The notes under the pieces were generated by a model. That model worked only from the letters and a program-made list of their open reading frames with translations, was not told the DNA's origin and made no database searches. A DNA stretch of 64,000 nucleotides, from NCBI GenBank assembly GCA_965218055.1, contig CBDCKA010000001.1, positions 840,953-904,952 of the forward strand, given 5' to 3'. The stretch is from Terriglobia bacterium. GTDB taxonomy: Bacteria; Acidobacteriota; Terriglobia; JAJPHL01; JAPKYU01. Shown piece after piece: positions 19,990 through 31,028 of the stretch. Position 1 is the stretch's first letter. Every line of letters begins with the position of its first letter. Both the position numbers and the translations under genes were made by a program.

Positions 19990-20755
19990 GGCTCGGTTCC
20001 GGCGCCGCAGCCGAAGCTGGTTGCGGTCCTGTGGACACCTGCGACTCCTGCGGCGCAACGTAGTAAAGGATCCGGCCGCAGTTCTCGCAGCGCTGGATCT
20101 GGTCGCTGGTTCTTACCTCCTGGTAGGCCTGAGGGCGCAGCCTCACGTTGCACTCGCCGCAGGTGCCGTCACGTACCTCTGCCACCGCCACCCCTTTGCG
20201 GTGACGCAACAGAGTATCGTAAAAACCCAACACGTCAGGCGAGATTTGCTGACAGTACCCTTCCCGCCGTCGTCGCAGTTCGGTCAGCGCTTCCTCATTG
20301 GCCTGGGTCCGGGCAGTGGCTTCCGTCTTCTCTTTCTCCACCGCCGCGCGCTCACGCGCCAGCTGCCCCTCCGCCTTCCGAACCCGCGCTTCCAGTTCCT
20401 CGGCGGCAATCATCCGCTCCAGGATGGCATCCTCGATCTTGCGAATTTCCCCCTCGGCAAACTCGATCTCGTGCTGGAGCGCTTTATACTGGTCGTTGGT
20501 CTTGACTTCATAAATCTGGTCCTTGTACTTAGAGATTTTCAGCTGGAGCGGCGGGATCTCGCCTTCCAATTTTCGCCGGTCCCGTTGACTGTCGGCCAGG
20601 GTCTGCCGGTCGCTGTCTAGCTGGTGCTGGGCGCCGGCCAGCTTATTTTCAATCTGCTGAATATGCCGGGGCAGATAGGCGATTTCTGCAGAGAGTTGCG
20701 CAATCTGCCTGTCCACAGCCTGCAACTCGATGGCACGCTTCAGGTCCGGATGCAT
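19982..20755 (-). CDS. coiled-coil protein with C-terminal C4 zinc ribbon (COG1579/DUF164-like)
   Basis: Within ORF 19982..20920. Start at MHPDLKRAIELQAVDRQIAQL. Long coiled coil, then CGECNVRL...CENCGRILY zinc ribbon. Confidence 0.7.
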   Translation of the reverse strand: MHPDLKRAIELQAVDRQIAQLSAEIAYLPRHIQQIENKLAGAQHQLDSDRQTLADSQRDRRKLEGEIPPLQLKISKYKDQIYEVKTNDQYKALQHEIEFAEGEIRKIEDAILERMIAAEELEARVRKAEGQLARERAAVEKEKTEATARTQANEEALTELRRRREGYCQQISPDVLGFYDTLLRHRKGVAVAEVRDGTCGECNVRLRPQAYQEVRTSDQIQRCENCGRILYYVAPQESQVSTGPQPASAAAPEPSHG

Positions 20756-20914
20756 GAAATTCCTGTTCGCATACCAAGCTTCCCATATTCTAGCACGTGC
20801 CTGGGCAGACGCAGCCGTCTGTGACAGCTTCTCAACTGTTGCGGAACGGCGCCAGCCAACGAAACGACGCAATGCCCCTAGCCCGAACAGGACGACGGCT
20901 GGTATCGTAGGTGC

Positions 20915-21913
20915 GTGCATCTGGCGGAGCTGACGCGCAAGTTGGTGGATATCGAGTCCACCACGGGACGGGAGCGGGAGGTCGCGCTGTTTTTAGCCGA
21001 CTACCTGCGCGGCCTGGGCGCCCGGGTGGAATTCGAGGAAGCTGCCCCCGGACGCCCGAACGTCTTCGCCTGCTGGGGACAACCGCTGGTGACTCTCTCG
21101 ACGCACAGCGACACGGTCCCTCCCTACAGCCCCTCCCGGGAAGACGCCGATTACATCTACGGCCGCGGTTCCTGCGACGCCAAGGGCATCATGGCCGCCC
21201 AGATCAAAGCCGCCGAGCGCCTGCGGGAACAGGCCATCGAGAATTTCGGACTCCTGTTTGTGGTGGGCGAGGAGCGGGACTCGGTGGGAGCTGCCTTCGC
21301 CAATGACCATCCGCGCGGTTCGCGCTTCCTGATCAACGGCGAGCCCACCGACAACCGGCTGGCCCTGGGTTGCAAGGGCGTACTGCGGCCGGTATTGGAA
21401 GCACGCGGGCGGGCGGCCCACTCGGCGTATCCCGAGCTGGGGGAATCGGCCATTGAAAAGCTGCTGACTGCGCTGGTCAACCTGCGTTCCATCCCGCTGC
21501 CGTCGGACGACGTGCTGGGCGCCTCCACCTATAACATTGGCCTCATCGAGGGCGGCTGGGCTCCCAACGTGATCCCCGACCGGGCCCAGGCGGAGGTGGT
21601 GTTCCGGCTGGTGGGGTCCTCCGAGCCAGTGAAGCAAGCCATTGCCCGTGCCGTCGCCGGATTGGCCGAAGTCCGCTACGCACCGGAGATCCCTGCCATC
21701 CGCCTCGAAGCCATGGAAGGCTTCCCGACGACGGTGGTATCCTTCACTACGGATATTCCCAGGCTGAGCAACTGGGGACGCCCGTACTTGGTCGGACCTG
21801 GCTCCATCCAGATGGCTCATACAGATCATGAACGCGTAGCCAAACAGGAGTTGGAACAAGCCGTGGGAATTTATTCAGAAATGACAAGGGGACTATTGGC
21901 CGAGTCTATGTAG
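20915..21913 (+). CDS. M20-family metallopeptidase (ArgE/DapE-like; candidate succinyl-DAP desuccinylase)
   Basis: 332 aa. HSDTVP...GRGSCDAKG metal-binding motifs. Sits at the head of the asd-lysC-dapBAD cluster. Confidence 0.75.
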   Translation: MHLAELTRKLVDIESTTGREREVALFLADYLRGLGARVEFEEAAPGRPNVFACWGQPLVTLSTHSDTVPPYSPSREDADYIYGRGSCDAKGIMAAQIKAAERLREQAIENFGLLFVVGEERDSVGAAFANDHPRGSRFLINGEPTDNRLALGCKGVLRPVLEARGRAAHSAYPELGESAIEKLLTALVNLRSIPLPSDDVLGASTYNIGLIEGGWAPNVIPDRAQAEVVFRLVGSSEPVKQAIARAVAGLAEVRYAPEIPAIRLEAMEGFPTTVVSFTTDIPRLSNWGRPYLVGPGSIQMAHTDHERVAKQELEQAVGIYSEMTRGLLAESM

Positions 21914-22036
21914 CACCGCTCCTGAGCGTTGCCAGCAGGTAGGCGGCAGGCCGAGGTTTGTCGCGATGTAGTGCCGCCCTTCAGGGCGGCAAGGATCGAG
22001 CGGCGGACGCCGGCACTCGGGGGCTTGGAAGTTACT

Positions 22037-23077
22037 ATGAAAGTGGAAGCAGGAATTTTGGGCGCCACCGGCATTGTGGGGCAACAACTGGTCCGCCTGC
22101 TGGAGAATCATCCCTGGTTTGAGTTGAAGTGGGTGGCAGCTTCGGGCCGCTCCGCGGGCCGCAGCTACGCCGAAGCCGCCTCCTGGCGCCTGTCGTCGCC
22201 CATGCCCTCGGCGGTCCGCAACTTGCGGGTGGAGGAGTGCCGCCCCGGCCGGGGGCCGCGCCTGGTCTTCTCGGGGTTGGACACCTCGGCGGCGCGCGAA
22301 ATCGAGCCAGAATTTGCCCGCTGCGGTCATGTCGTCGTCAGCAACGCCAGCAGTTTCCGCATGGAACAGGATGTGCCCCTGCTGGTGCCGGAGATCAACG
22401 CCGACCATCTCGGGCTGCTTGCCGCCCAAGAGCCGCGCGGCTGGAAAGGAAAGCTAGTCACCAACCCCAATTGCTCGGCCATCACCCTAACGATGGCGCT
22501 GGCGCCGCTGGAGCGGGCTTTTGGTTTGAAGCGCGTGCTGGTGACGACCTTGCAGGCCGTTTCCGGCGCCGGCTACCCTGGCGTGGCGTCGCTCGACATC
22601 CTGGGGAACGTGATCCCTTTCATTCGCAACGAGGAAGAAAAGATCGAGGAGGAAACGCGTAAGATTCTCGGCCAGTTGCGCAACGGCAAGGTGGAAGAGG
22701 CGGCAATCACTTTGAGCGTGCAGACCAACCGTGTGGCGGTGCTCGATGGCCACACCGAAAGCGTCTCGGTGGAACTGCGACAGGCCGCCGCCCTGGAGGA
22801 TCTGAAGCAAGCCTGGCGCCAGTTCCGGGGCGTGCCTCAGGACCGCCTCTTACCGAGCGCGCCGGTACATCCGGTGGTGGTGATGGAGGAGCCCGACCGG
22901 CCGCAGCCGCGCCTGGACGCCGAACGCGAGGCCGGGATGGCTACCTTCGTCGGACGCGCCCGTCCCTGTCCGGTGCTCGACTACAAGTTCATCGCGCTAG
23001 GGCACAACACCGTGCGTGGCGCTGCCGGCGCAGCCGTGTTGAATGCCGAGCTGATGAACTCCGAAGGACTTTTCTAA
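22037..23077 (+). CDS. asd: aspartate-semialdehyde dehydrogenase
   Basis: Within ORF 21929..23077. Start MKVEAGILGATGIVGQQL (Rossmann motif); Asd catalytic-domain motifs present. Confidence 0.9.
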   Translation: MKVEAGILGATGIVGQQLVRLLENHPWFELKWVAASGRSAGRSYAEAASWRLSSPMPSAVRNLRVEECRPGRGPRLVFSGLDTSAAREIEPEFARCGHVVVSNASSFRMEQDVPLLVPEINADHLGLLAAQEPRGWKGKLVTNPNCSAITLTMALAPLERAFGLKRVLVTTLQAVSGAGYPGVASLDILGNVIPFIRNEEEKIEEETRKILGQLRNGKVEEAAITLSVQTNRVAVLDGHTESVSVELRQAAALEDLKQAWRQFRGVPQDRLLPSAPVHPVVVMEEPDRPQPRLDAEREAGMATFVGRARPCPVLDYKFIALGHNTVRGAAGAAVLNAELMNSEGLF

Positions 23078-23087
23078 TTGGCGATCG

Positions 23088-23175
23088 GGTCATTGACCCA
23101 TTGACGACCCATTGACGGCCCATTGACGATTGTTCTATTTTTCCTCTTCAATCCTCAATGATTCAATCGTCAATG
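23088..23175. promoter_or_regulatory. array of ATTGACG direct repeats plus an inverted ATTGAsGATTG pair upstream of lysC
   Basis: tCATTGACccATTGACGAcccATTGACGgcccATTGACGATTG has 4 direct copies at about 10-bp phase. The block caatcctcaatgattcaatcgtcaatg lies 20 bp before the lysC ATG. A near-identical 26-mer occurs at 61681..61706. Confidence 0.4.
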
Positions 23176-23189
23176 AACAAATACTCTCC

Positions 23190-24563
23190 ATGATTGTCCT
23201 GAAATTCGGTGGAACCTCGGTAGCGAACGCCGAGGCCATCGCGCGCGTGGCCGACATTGTGGCGGGGCGCATGGCGGAGCGTCCGGTGGTGGTGGTCTCG
23301 GCCATGGGGAAGACCACTGACCGGCTGCTGGAGCTGGCCACCACCGCAGTCGAGGGGAACCGCAAGCGGGTCGTGGGGCTGCTCGGCGACCTCCGGGATT
23401 TCCACGGCGGCGAGGCACGCAAGCTGGTTCCGCCCGCACGCCGCGTGGCGCTGGAAACCTGCCTGGAAGAGCACTTCCAGGAACTCTCCGAGCTGGCCAA
23501 GGGACTCTCGGTGCTGGGAGAATTGACCCCGCGCGCCACCGATGCCATTTCGAGCTACGGCGAGCGGCTGTCTTCGTTGATCGTTAGCCAGGCCTTCGAG
23601 CACCGCGGTCTGCCGGCCGCGCTGCTCGATTCTCGCCGCTACATCGTCACCAACCAGCACCACGCGCAGGCAGCGCCGCTCTACGACCGAACCGAACAGC
23701 GGCTGCGCCAGGCGGTGCCGGCCCTGCTGGCCGAAGGCTCGATCCCGGTCATGGGCGGCTTCATTGCCGCCACCGCTCAGGGCGTCACCACGACTTTGGG
23801 CCGAGGCGGTTCCGATTTTACGGCCTCGATCGTTGGGGCAGCGCTCGAGGCCAAGCGCATCGAGATCTGGACCGACGTGGACGGCATGCTCACTGCCGAT
23901 CCGACACTGTACCGCGGGGCCCGCCGGGTGAAGATGATTTCCTTCGAGGAGGCCAGCGAGCTGGCTTACTTCGGCGCCAAGGTGCTCCACCCCAGTACCC
24001 TTCTTCCCGCCGTCGAGAAACGGATCTCGGTCTCGATCCTGAACTCGCGCAGACCGCAGGCGCCGGGCACCGTGATCACCGGGCAGGCACCCAGGACGGA
24101 AAACATTTTCAAGTCCATCGCCTGCAAGAAAAACATCACCATCGTGGACATCGGCTCGGCGCGAATGCTGATGGCCTACGGATTCCTGCGGGCCATCTTC
24201 GAGGTCTTCGAGCGCTACCAGACGCCGGTGGACATGGTGTCCACCAGCGAAGTCAGCGTGTCGCTGACGGTGGACAACCCGAGTCGCCTGCCGGAGATTG
24301 TTGCCGATCTCGGCCGCGTTGCCCACGTTTCTTACGAGGGAGGCAAAGCCATCGTCTGCCTGGTGGGCGACAACATCAAGTTCACCCCGGGCGTCGCCGG
24401 GAAAGTCTTCAAGGCGATCGAGAAGGTCAACGTATGCATGATCTCGCAGGGTGCCTCGGTACTGAACATCAGCTTTGTGGTGGACGAGGACCGGCTGAAG
24501 GAGGTAGTCTCCCGCCTGCACCGGACCTTCTTCCGCAAAGTGGACCCCAGAGTTTTTGAATAA
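23190..24563 (+). CDS. lysC: aspartate kinase
   Basis: Within ORF 23130..24563. Start MIVLKFGGTSV; ACT domains at the C-terminus. Confidence 0.9.
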   Translation: MIVLKFGGTSVANAEAIARVADIVAGRMAERPVVVVSAMGKTTDRLLELATTAVEGNRKRVVGLLGDLRDFHGGEARKLVPPARRVALETCLEEHFQELSELAKGLSVLGELTPRATDAISSYGERLSSLIVSQAFEHRGLPAALLDSRRYIVTNQHHAQAAPLYDRTEQRLRQAVPALLAEGSIPVMGGFIAATAQGVTTTLGRGGSDFTASIVGAALEAKRIEIWTDVDGMLTADPTLYRGARRVKMISFEEASELAYFGAKVLHPSTLLPAVEKRISVSILNSRRPQAPGTVITGQAPRTENIFKSIACKKNITIVDIGSARMLMAYGFLRAIFEVFERYQTPVDMVSTSEVSVSLTVDNPSRLPEIVADLGRVAHVSYEGGKAIVCLVGDNIKFTPGVAGKVFKAIEKVNVCMISQGASVLNISFVVDEDRLKEVVSRLHRTFFRKVDPRVFE

Positions 24564-24586
24564 TGCCTTCTACTGAAGGGTCGCCA

Positions 24587-25285
24587 ATGAAGATCGTGCT
24601 TCTCGGCTACGGCAAGATGGGCAAGCTGCTAGATGAGCTGGCCCCCTCCCTCGGCATGGAAGTCGTCGAGCGCCTGGACATCTGGAACAACCAGGGCGGT
24701 TCGGGCATCACCAAGGAAAATTTCCGGGGAGTCGAGGTGGCGCTGGACTTTTCGATGCCTGAGGCGGCGCTGGAGAACATTCCCCGGGTGGCCGGGCTGG
24801 GCGTCAACCTGGTGGTGGGCACGACCGGCTGGCACGACAAGCTAGACCAGATGCGGGCCACGGTAGAGGAGCACGGCATTGGGATGGTCTACGGCTCCAA
24901 TTTCTCCATCGGCGTGAATACCTTCTACCGAGTGGTGGAAAATGCTGCCCGGTGGCTGAAGCAGCGTCCCGAGTATGACCCCTGGATCCACGAGATCCAC
25001 CACCAGGCGAAGTTGGACGCGCCCTCAGGCACGGCGCTGAAGTTGCGCGACCTGCTGCTGGCTGAATATGGGACGCGCTCCATCTGCGTTTCCAGCGCCC
25101 GTGCGGGCACCATCCCGGGCGAGCACACGGTGGGCTTCGATTCCGAGGCCGACACCATCACCTTGACGCACACCGCCCGCAGCCGGAAGGGCTTTGCCCT
25201 GGGAGCGCTCCGCGCTGCTGAGTGGGTTCGCGGCAAGCGCGGCCTCTACGAGTTTTCGGAAGTCCTGTTCGGGAACGCCGGATAA
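24587..25285 (+). CDS. dapB: 4-hydroxy-tetrahydrodipicolinate reductase
   Basis: Within ORF 24563..25285. Start MKIVLLGYGKMGK; DapB motifs (VVGTTGW, HHQAKLDAPSGTA). Confidence 0.9.
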   Translation: MKIVLLGYGKMGKLLDELAPSLGMEVVERLDIWNNQGGSGITKENFRGVEVALDFSMPEAALENIPRVAGLGVNLVVGTTGWHDKLDQMRATVEEHGIGMVYGSNFSIGVNTFYRVVENAARWLKQRPEYDPWIHEIHHQAKLDAPSGTALKLRDLLLAEYGTRSICVSSARAGTIPGEHTVGFDSEADTITLTHTARSRKGFALGALRAAEWVRGKRGLYEFSEVLFGNAG

Positions 25286-25358
25286 TGGTTGCGGACCGTG
25301 GACCGGCGGAGGGCAAGATCATATCCCGGATCCGAAATTGGCAATCAGGAGGGCTCGA

Positions 25359-26288
25359 ATGGGCACCACAACACTAAAGGGCTGCGGCACTGCGCTGGTC
25401 ACTCCGTTCCGGAGCGACGGCGCGCTGGACGAAGACGCGCTGCGGCGTCTGGTCCGTTTCCAGGTGCAGGAGGGAATTGATTTCCTGGTGCCCTGCGGGA
25501 CCACCGGGGAAAGCCCTACCCTGACGCACGAGGAGCACCTGCGCGTGGTGGAAATCACGCTGAAGGAGTCGCGGGCAGGTGGCCGGCGCGTACCGGTGTT
25601 TCCCGGAGCCGGCGGCAACAATACCGCCAAGATTGCTTCGCTGATCCGCGAGCTGGAAGCGATGGGGGTGGACGGCATCGTCTCGGTCTCACCGTATTAC
25701 AACAAGCCCACCCAGGAGGGCCTCTTTCAGCACTACCGCGCGCTCAACGATGCCACGCGTCTGCCTATCATCGTCTACAACGTGCCCGGGCGCACCGGCT
25801 CCAACATCGAGCCGGCGACCCAGGCGCGGCTGGCAGCGCTGCCCAACATCGGCGGCGTGAAGGAAGCCTCAGGAAACATCACCCAGATGGCCGAAGTCCT
25901 CCAGGCTGTGCCGGAGGGGTTTGCGGTACTGTCGGGCGACGACGCCATCACGCTGCCGCTGATGGCCCTGGGAGGCGTCGGGGTCATTTCGGTAGCCTCG
26001 AATGAAGTGCCCGGCGAAATGACGCGGCTGACATCGCTGTGCTTGGCCGGCGATTTCTCCGCCGCCCGGCAACTGAACCGGCGCCTGTTGCCGCTGATGC
26101 AGGCTAATTTCATTGAATCGAATCCCATCCCGGTGAAGGCGGCACTGGCTATGATGGGCTTGCTCGAAGAGCGCTACCGTCTGCCGCTGGTGCCCATGAA
26201 GCCGGAGAACCGCGCCCGGTTGGAAAAGGTACTGCACGCGCTGGACCTGCCCGTTCAAAGTCCCAGCTCCAGCGTCCAAAGTCGGTAG
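25359..26288 (+). CDS. dapA: 4-hydroxy-tetrahydrodipicolinate synthase
   Basis: Within ORF 25194..26288. AGGAGG RBS before the ATG at 25359. MGTTTLKGCGTALVTPF...VPCGTTGES is the DapA signature. Confidence 0.9.
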   Translation: MGTTTLKGCGTALVTPFRSDGALDEDALRRLVRFQVQEGIDFLVPCGTTGESPTLTHEEHLRVVEITLKESRAGGRRVPVFPGAGGNNTAKIASLIRELEAMGVDGIVSVSPYYNKPTQEGLFQHYRALNDATRLPIIVYNVPGRTGSNIEPATQARLAALPNIGGVKEASGNITQMAEVLQAVPEGFAVLSGDDAITLPLMALGGVGVISVASNEVPGEMTRLTSLCLAGDFSAARQLNRRLLPLMQANFIESNPIPVKAALAMMGLLEERYRLPLVPMKPENRARLEKVLHALDLPVQSPSSSVQSR

Positions 26289-26327
26289 CCCGGCCTTGGC
26301 TGACTTTGAATCTTGCACTCTTGACTC

Positions 26328-27161
26328 ATGACCCTACAGGATCGCATTGAGCAGCTTTACGAAGCCTCGCCGGTCGGCGACGAGCACCTGGCCGCGTTTG
26401 AAGAACTGAAGGCCGAGCTGAATACAGGCTCTGTGCGCGCTGCCGAGCCTGATCCGGCGGCCGAACCCACTGGCTGGCGGGTCAATGCCTGGGTCAAGAA
26501 GGGCATCCTGATCGGCTTTCGGGCCGGAGCGCTCCAGAAGATGTCGGTGGACCGCTGGCCGTTCTTTGACAAGCACACCTTCCCGCTGAAGCGGCTCGAG
26601 GTGGCCAGCGGGGTGCGGATTGTTCCCGGAGGCTCTTCGATCCGCGACGGCTGCTTCGTCGCTCCCGGCGTCACTTGCATGCCCCCGATGTACATCAACG
26701 CGGGCGCCTATGTGGACGAGGGCACGATGGTGGACTCGCACGCGCTGGTCGGCTCCTGCGCCCAGGTGGGCAAGCGGGTGCACCTGAGCGCTGGGGCACA
26801 GGCCGGCGGCGTGCTGGAGCCGGTGGGCGCCCTGCCGGTGATCATCGAGGACGAGGTGCTGGTGGGCGGCAACTGCGGCATCTACGAAGGCACGGTTGTC
26901 AAGCGCCGCGCGGTACTGGGCGCCGGCACCATTCTCACCGGTGCAACGCCGGTCTATGACCTGGTGCGCAGCCAGGTCTATCGCCGCGAGGGCGACCGCC
27001 CATTGGTGATTCCCGAGCAGGCCGTCGTGGTTCCCGGCTCCCGCGCCGTCTCTTCCGGGGCAGGCCGCGAGTGGCAGCTTTCGCTCTACACTCCGGTCAT
27101 CGTAAAATACCGTGACCCCAAGACCGAGCGCAGCATACAGCTCGAAGACTTGCTCCGGTAA
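26328..27161 (+). CDS. dapD: 2,3,4,5-tetrahydropyridine-2,6-dicarboxylate N-succinyltransferase
   Basis: 277 aa. Hexapeptide-repeat acyltransferase with a DapD-type N-terminal domain. Confidence 0.82.
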   Translation: MTLQDRIEQLYEASPVGDEHLAAFEELKAELNTGSVRAAEPDPAAEPTGWRVNAWVKKGILIGFRAGALQKMSVDRWPFFDKHTFPLKRLEVASGVRIVPGGSSIRDGCFVAPGVTCMPPMYINAGAYVDEGTMVDSHALVGSCAQVGKRVHLSAGAQAGGVLEPVGALPVIIEDEVLVGGNCGIYEGTVVKRRAVLGAGTILTGATPVYDLVRSQVYRREGDRPLVIPEQAVVVPGSRAVSSGAGREWQLSLYTPVIVKYRDPKTERSIQLEDLLR

Positions 27162-27277
27162 GAAGCTGGAAAGACAACACAAAGACACTAAGACCCAAAG
27201 TTCACGAGGGAAGCGGCATCCCTTTCGACCGCGCGGACTCCTTGGAGCCATCACCAGATTGGTGTAGCCTTGCGCTC

Positions 27278-28173
<896 letters not shown>

Positions 28174-28177
<4 letters not shown>

Positions 28178-29334
28178 GGCCAAGACCCGCAGGGGAGCGT
28201 GGCAGAGGGGCCCAAAGTCAGGGCCAAAGTCAGGCAAAGACACCGGCGGCGCTGGGCTTCCGCCTGCCCGCCGAGTGGGAGGCGCACGAGGCCACCTGGA
28301 TCGGCTGGCCGCACAACCGAAGCGATTGGCCGGGAAAGCTCGCCCCGATCCACTGGGTCTACGGCGAGATTGCGCGGAAACTCGCGCCCGGGGAACTTCT
28401 CCGAATTCTGGTGAACTCCAGGGCCCAGGAGGCGGGGCCACGCCGGCTTCTCACCCGCGTCGGCGTGGATCTCTCCCGCGTCGAGTTCCATCGCTTTCCC
28501 ACAAACCGGAGCTGGACGCGCGACTTCGGCCCGCTGTTTGTTCGCCGCGCCGACCGCGGCGCTGCCCCACACGCAAGCCGCTCGGAAACCGGTGAGGTTG
28601 CCATCGTGCGCTTCCGGTTTAACGGCTGGGCGCGCTATCGGGATTGGCAGAAGGACGACGCAGTGGCCGAGCGCGCGGCCTGCGCGCTCGGCCTTCGTCT
28701 GTTTCACGTCACCAGCGACGGCAACTCGCCGCGCCGGTTCGTGCTGGAAGGCGGCAGCATTGATGGGAACGGCCGCGGCACGCTGCTGACCACCGAGGAG
28801 TGCCTGCTGGATCCGGCCATCCAAGTGCGCAACCCGGGCTTGAGCCGGGAGCAGATGGAGGCGACCCTTCGCGCCTATCTCGGCGTCAGCAACGTGCTCT
28901 GGCTCGGCCGCGGAATTGCGGGCGATGATACGCACGGGCACGTGGACGACCTGTGCCGCTTTGTCGGGCCCCGCACGGTCGTGCTTTGCCGGGAAGACAA
29001 CTCGGGCGACATCAACCACCGGCCGCTGGAGGAAAACCGGGAACGGCTGGAGGCCATGCGGCTGGAGGAGGGGTCTCGGATCGAGGTGGTGCGGTTGCCC
29101 ATGCCCGCGCCGCTTTATCTGGACGGCCAGCGCCTCCCGGCCAGCTACGCGAACTTCTACATTGCAAATGCGGCCGTGCTGGTCCCGACCTTTAACGATC
29201 CTAACGACCGCGTGGCCCTTGGTATCATGGTTGAGCTTTTCCCCGACCGGCCAGTGGTCGGCATCCATGCAGTGGACTTAGTCTGGGGTCTCGGGACACT
29301 GCACTGCTTGACACGCGAGCAACCGGCCAGGTAA
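28174..29334 (+). CDS. aguA: agmatine deiminase
   Basis: 386 aa. Overlaps the aguB stop. FRLPAEWEAHEATWIGWPH N-terminal motif and C-terminal catalytic Cys (TLHCLT). Confidence 0.85.
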
Positions 29335-29418
29335 GGGCCGCAGACATCCCAGCGGCTGGCTTTTACAGGCTCTCCGCAGTAAGCTCACGGGCGCCGACTG
29401 GGCGTAGGAGGAGAAGCA

Positions 29419-29628
29419 ATGAAAGTCGGAGCGCGCAACCGCATCGTGGGGACCGTGACCAGCATCACGAAGGGTAAGCTGATGTGCCTGGTGAAGGTGG
29501 AAGTTCCGGCGCGGTCCCGCATGGCCTCGGTAATGACCATTGAATCGCTGAAGGGCCTGGGCATCCGCAAAGGAGCCCGGGTCGAGGTAGTTGTCAAAGC
29601 AGTGAATGTCTTGTTGCTCAGACGCTAG
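29419..29628 (+). CDS. molybdopterin-binding (Mop/TOBE) domain protein
   Basis: 69 aa. AGGAGGAG RBS. MKVGARNRIVGTVTSI...VKAVNV is the Mop-domain consensus. Confidence 0.8.
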   Translation: MKVGARNRIVGTVTSITKGKLMCLVKVEVPARSRMASVMTIESLKGLGIRKGARVEVVVKAVNVLLLRR

Positions 29629-29703
29629 TCTGTTGATCAGGCTCTCGCGGAATGGGATGGACTAGGGTCTGATCGCAGCAGAGTTGGAGTCGGCGACTCC
29701 GTT

Positions 29704-30453
29704 TTACTTTTCGCTGACTGTAACGGGAGTCCGAAGTCGAAAAGTGAGCACCGTCTCGCTCGGGAAAACCGCCGGGTCGCCCCGGGTGGCGAGCACAACA
29801 CCTGTCCCGACTCCGGCTCCGGTGGCGGCTCCAATCCCGGCTCCCTTTTTCCCCCAAACGATGGCGCCAATGCCAGCGCCAATGCCGGTCGCGATGCCGA
29901 CTTTCGTGGCGTCCTTTTTCTTCGTGGTCTTCGCCTCTCGAGCGCGGGCGTTGGTACTGATCGCAATAGTTTGCCCATCGGCCGTCTCAAATTCCGTCAG
30001 TTGAATTGCCAGACGAGCCACACCCTTCACGCGCCCGCCCTCATCGGCCTCAGCAATGCGGCCATTCACTGTGGAGCCCTTGAGAGCGATCACCCAGTCG
30101 CCTTCCACCAGGGGGTCTACCAGGCTCGCCGTGAAGGTATCTCCTGCCTTGTGCGTCTTCGTGGAAAGAGCAGTCGTGGTGCGCACCTTCAGCGCAGTCC
30201 CATCAGCTAGGGTGGCGGTCCGGGGTTGAGGTTCGGCAGCTTCTTCTGTCGCGGTGGCCCCCTCGGTGGAGGCGCCAGCAGAGGGAGCGGGATGTGTGCT
30301 TCTCCTGGGCGTGGTGGCAGTCTCGGCGTTTGCCGCATCCTCAGAAGACTCAAGGGCGGGCTCGCTAGCCTTCGTGCACCCCGCCTGCAAAACCAACATT
30401 GCAGCCAGCGCACAAACTAGCAACACACCATACACCTGACTTTTCCCGAACAT
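29704..30453 (-). CDS. lipoprotein with C-terminal glycine-zipper domain
   Basis: Within ORF 29704..30531. Start MFGKSQVYGVLLVCALAAMLVLQAGC (lipobox). C-terminus GIATGIGAGIGAIVWGKKGAGIGAATGAGVGTGVV is a glycine zipper. Confidence 0.65.
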   Translation of the reverse strand: MFGKSQVYGVLLVCALAAMLVLQAGCTKASEPALESSEDAANAETATTPRRSTHPAPSAGASTEGATATEEAAEPQPRTATLADGTALKVRTTTALSTKTHKAGDTFTASLVDPLVEGDWVIALKGSTVNGRIAEADEGGRVKGVARLAIQLTEFETADGQTIAISTNARAREAKTTKKKDATKVGIATGIGAGIGAIVWGKKGAGIGAATGAGVGTGVVLATRGDPAVFPSETVLTFRLRTPVTVSEK

Positions 30454-30653
30454 AGAGAGCACCTCCCCAGTAGCATTAGTAGCATTCCTGACAGCATAGC
30501 CATCCTCTTCGTCTCTTGTTCCAGGTGTCAAGGTCAGGAAGAGCGGCAGGCCCCGAAGTTGGCCTCAAACGAACATCGGACTGCTTTGCGGGCGACGCCT
30601 GCACCCGCGGCGGTACCCGCCGAGGGTTGCCCTCAATCATTCGTTTACGAATC

Positions 30654-31028
30654 TTACTTGTGCTTGCCTTTGGCTTTACCCTGGCCTTTGCCCGCGCTCT
30701 TGGCTTTAGCCTTACCCTTAGCCTTGCCCTTAGCTCCGGTCTCCGCCTCACCGCTGGCAGGGGTGCTCTTTTTCCCCAGGCCAGCAGGCTCCTCGAAGCC
30801 ACGGTGCTCCTTGCCCTGGCCCAGTTCCTGGGCTTCGACTGCCCGGTCCGTGCCGCGGCTACCAGTGGCGCGCGCCGAGGCGCCCGAAGCTCCGCGCTCC
30901 GTGTGGGCAGCAGCAGGCTTCGGCTTGTCTTTTCCTTTGGCTGCCCCTTTGCCTTTCCCTGTCAAAGCCGGTGCGGCAACAACCAGCGCAACCAGAACTC
31001 CGAGGGAAAAATAGAATAGTCCTCGCAA
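30654..31028 (-). CDS. secreted Lys/Gly/Ala-rich low-complexity protein
   Basis: 124 aa. TTG start with GAGGAGG RBS. Signal peptide, then KGKGAAKGKDKPK...GKAKGKAKAKSAGKGQGKAKGKHK. Confidence 0.55.
   Translation of the reverse strand: MRGLFYFSLGVLVALVVAAPALTGKGKGAAKGKDKPKPAAAHTERGASGASARATGSRGTDRAVEAQELGQGKEHRGFEEPAGLGKKSTPASGEAETGAKGKAKGKAKAKSAGKGQGKAKGKHK

Noticed and set aside
23078-23190. Lysine riboswitch (L-box) upstream of lysC
   Set aside because: The leader is only about 110 nt and lacks L-box conserved segments. It is instead filled with ATTGACG repeats.
23163-24521. 452-aa ORF antisense to lysC, and many similar long antisense/alternate-frame ORFs in the track (890..1993 +, 2178..3005 -, 5299..6159 -, 10732..11715 -, 37893..39248 -, 54598..55143 + and others)
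   Set aside because: Typical high-GC artefacts. Each overlaps a gene with a clear family assignment on the other strand or frame, and their translations are Arg/Ala/Gly/Pro-rich with no recognisable domains.
29335-29418. Molybdenum-cofactor riboswitch upstream of the Mop-domain gene
   Set aside because: Only about 85 nt of spacer are available and no Moco-motif conserved loops are recognisable. There is a plain AGGAGGAG RBS.
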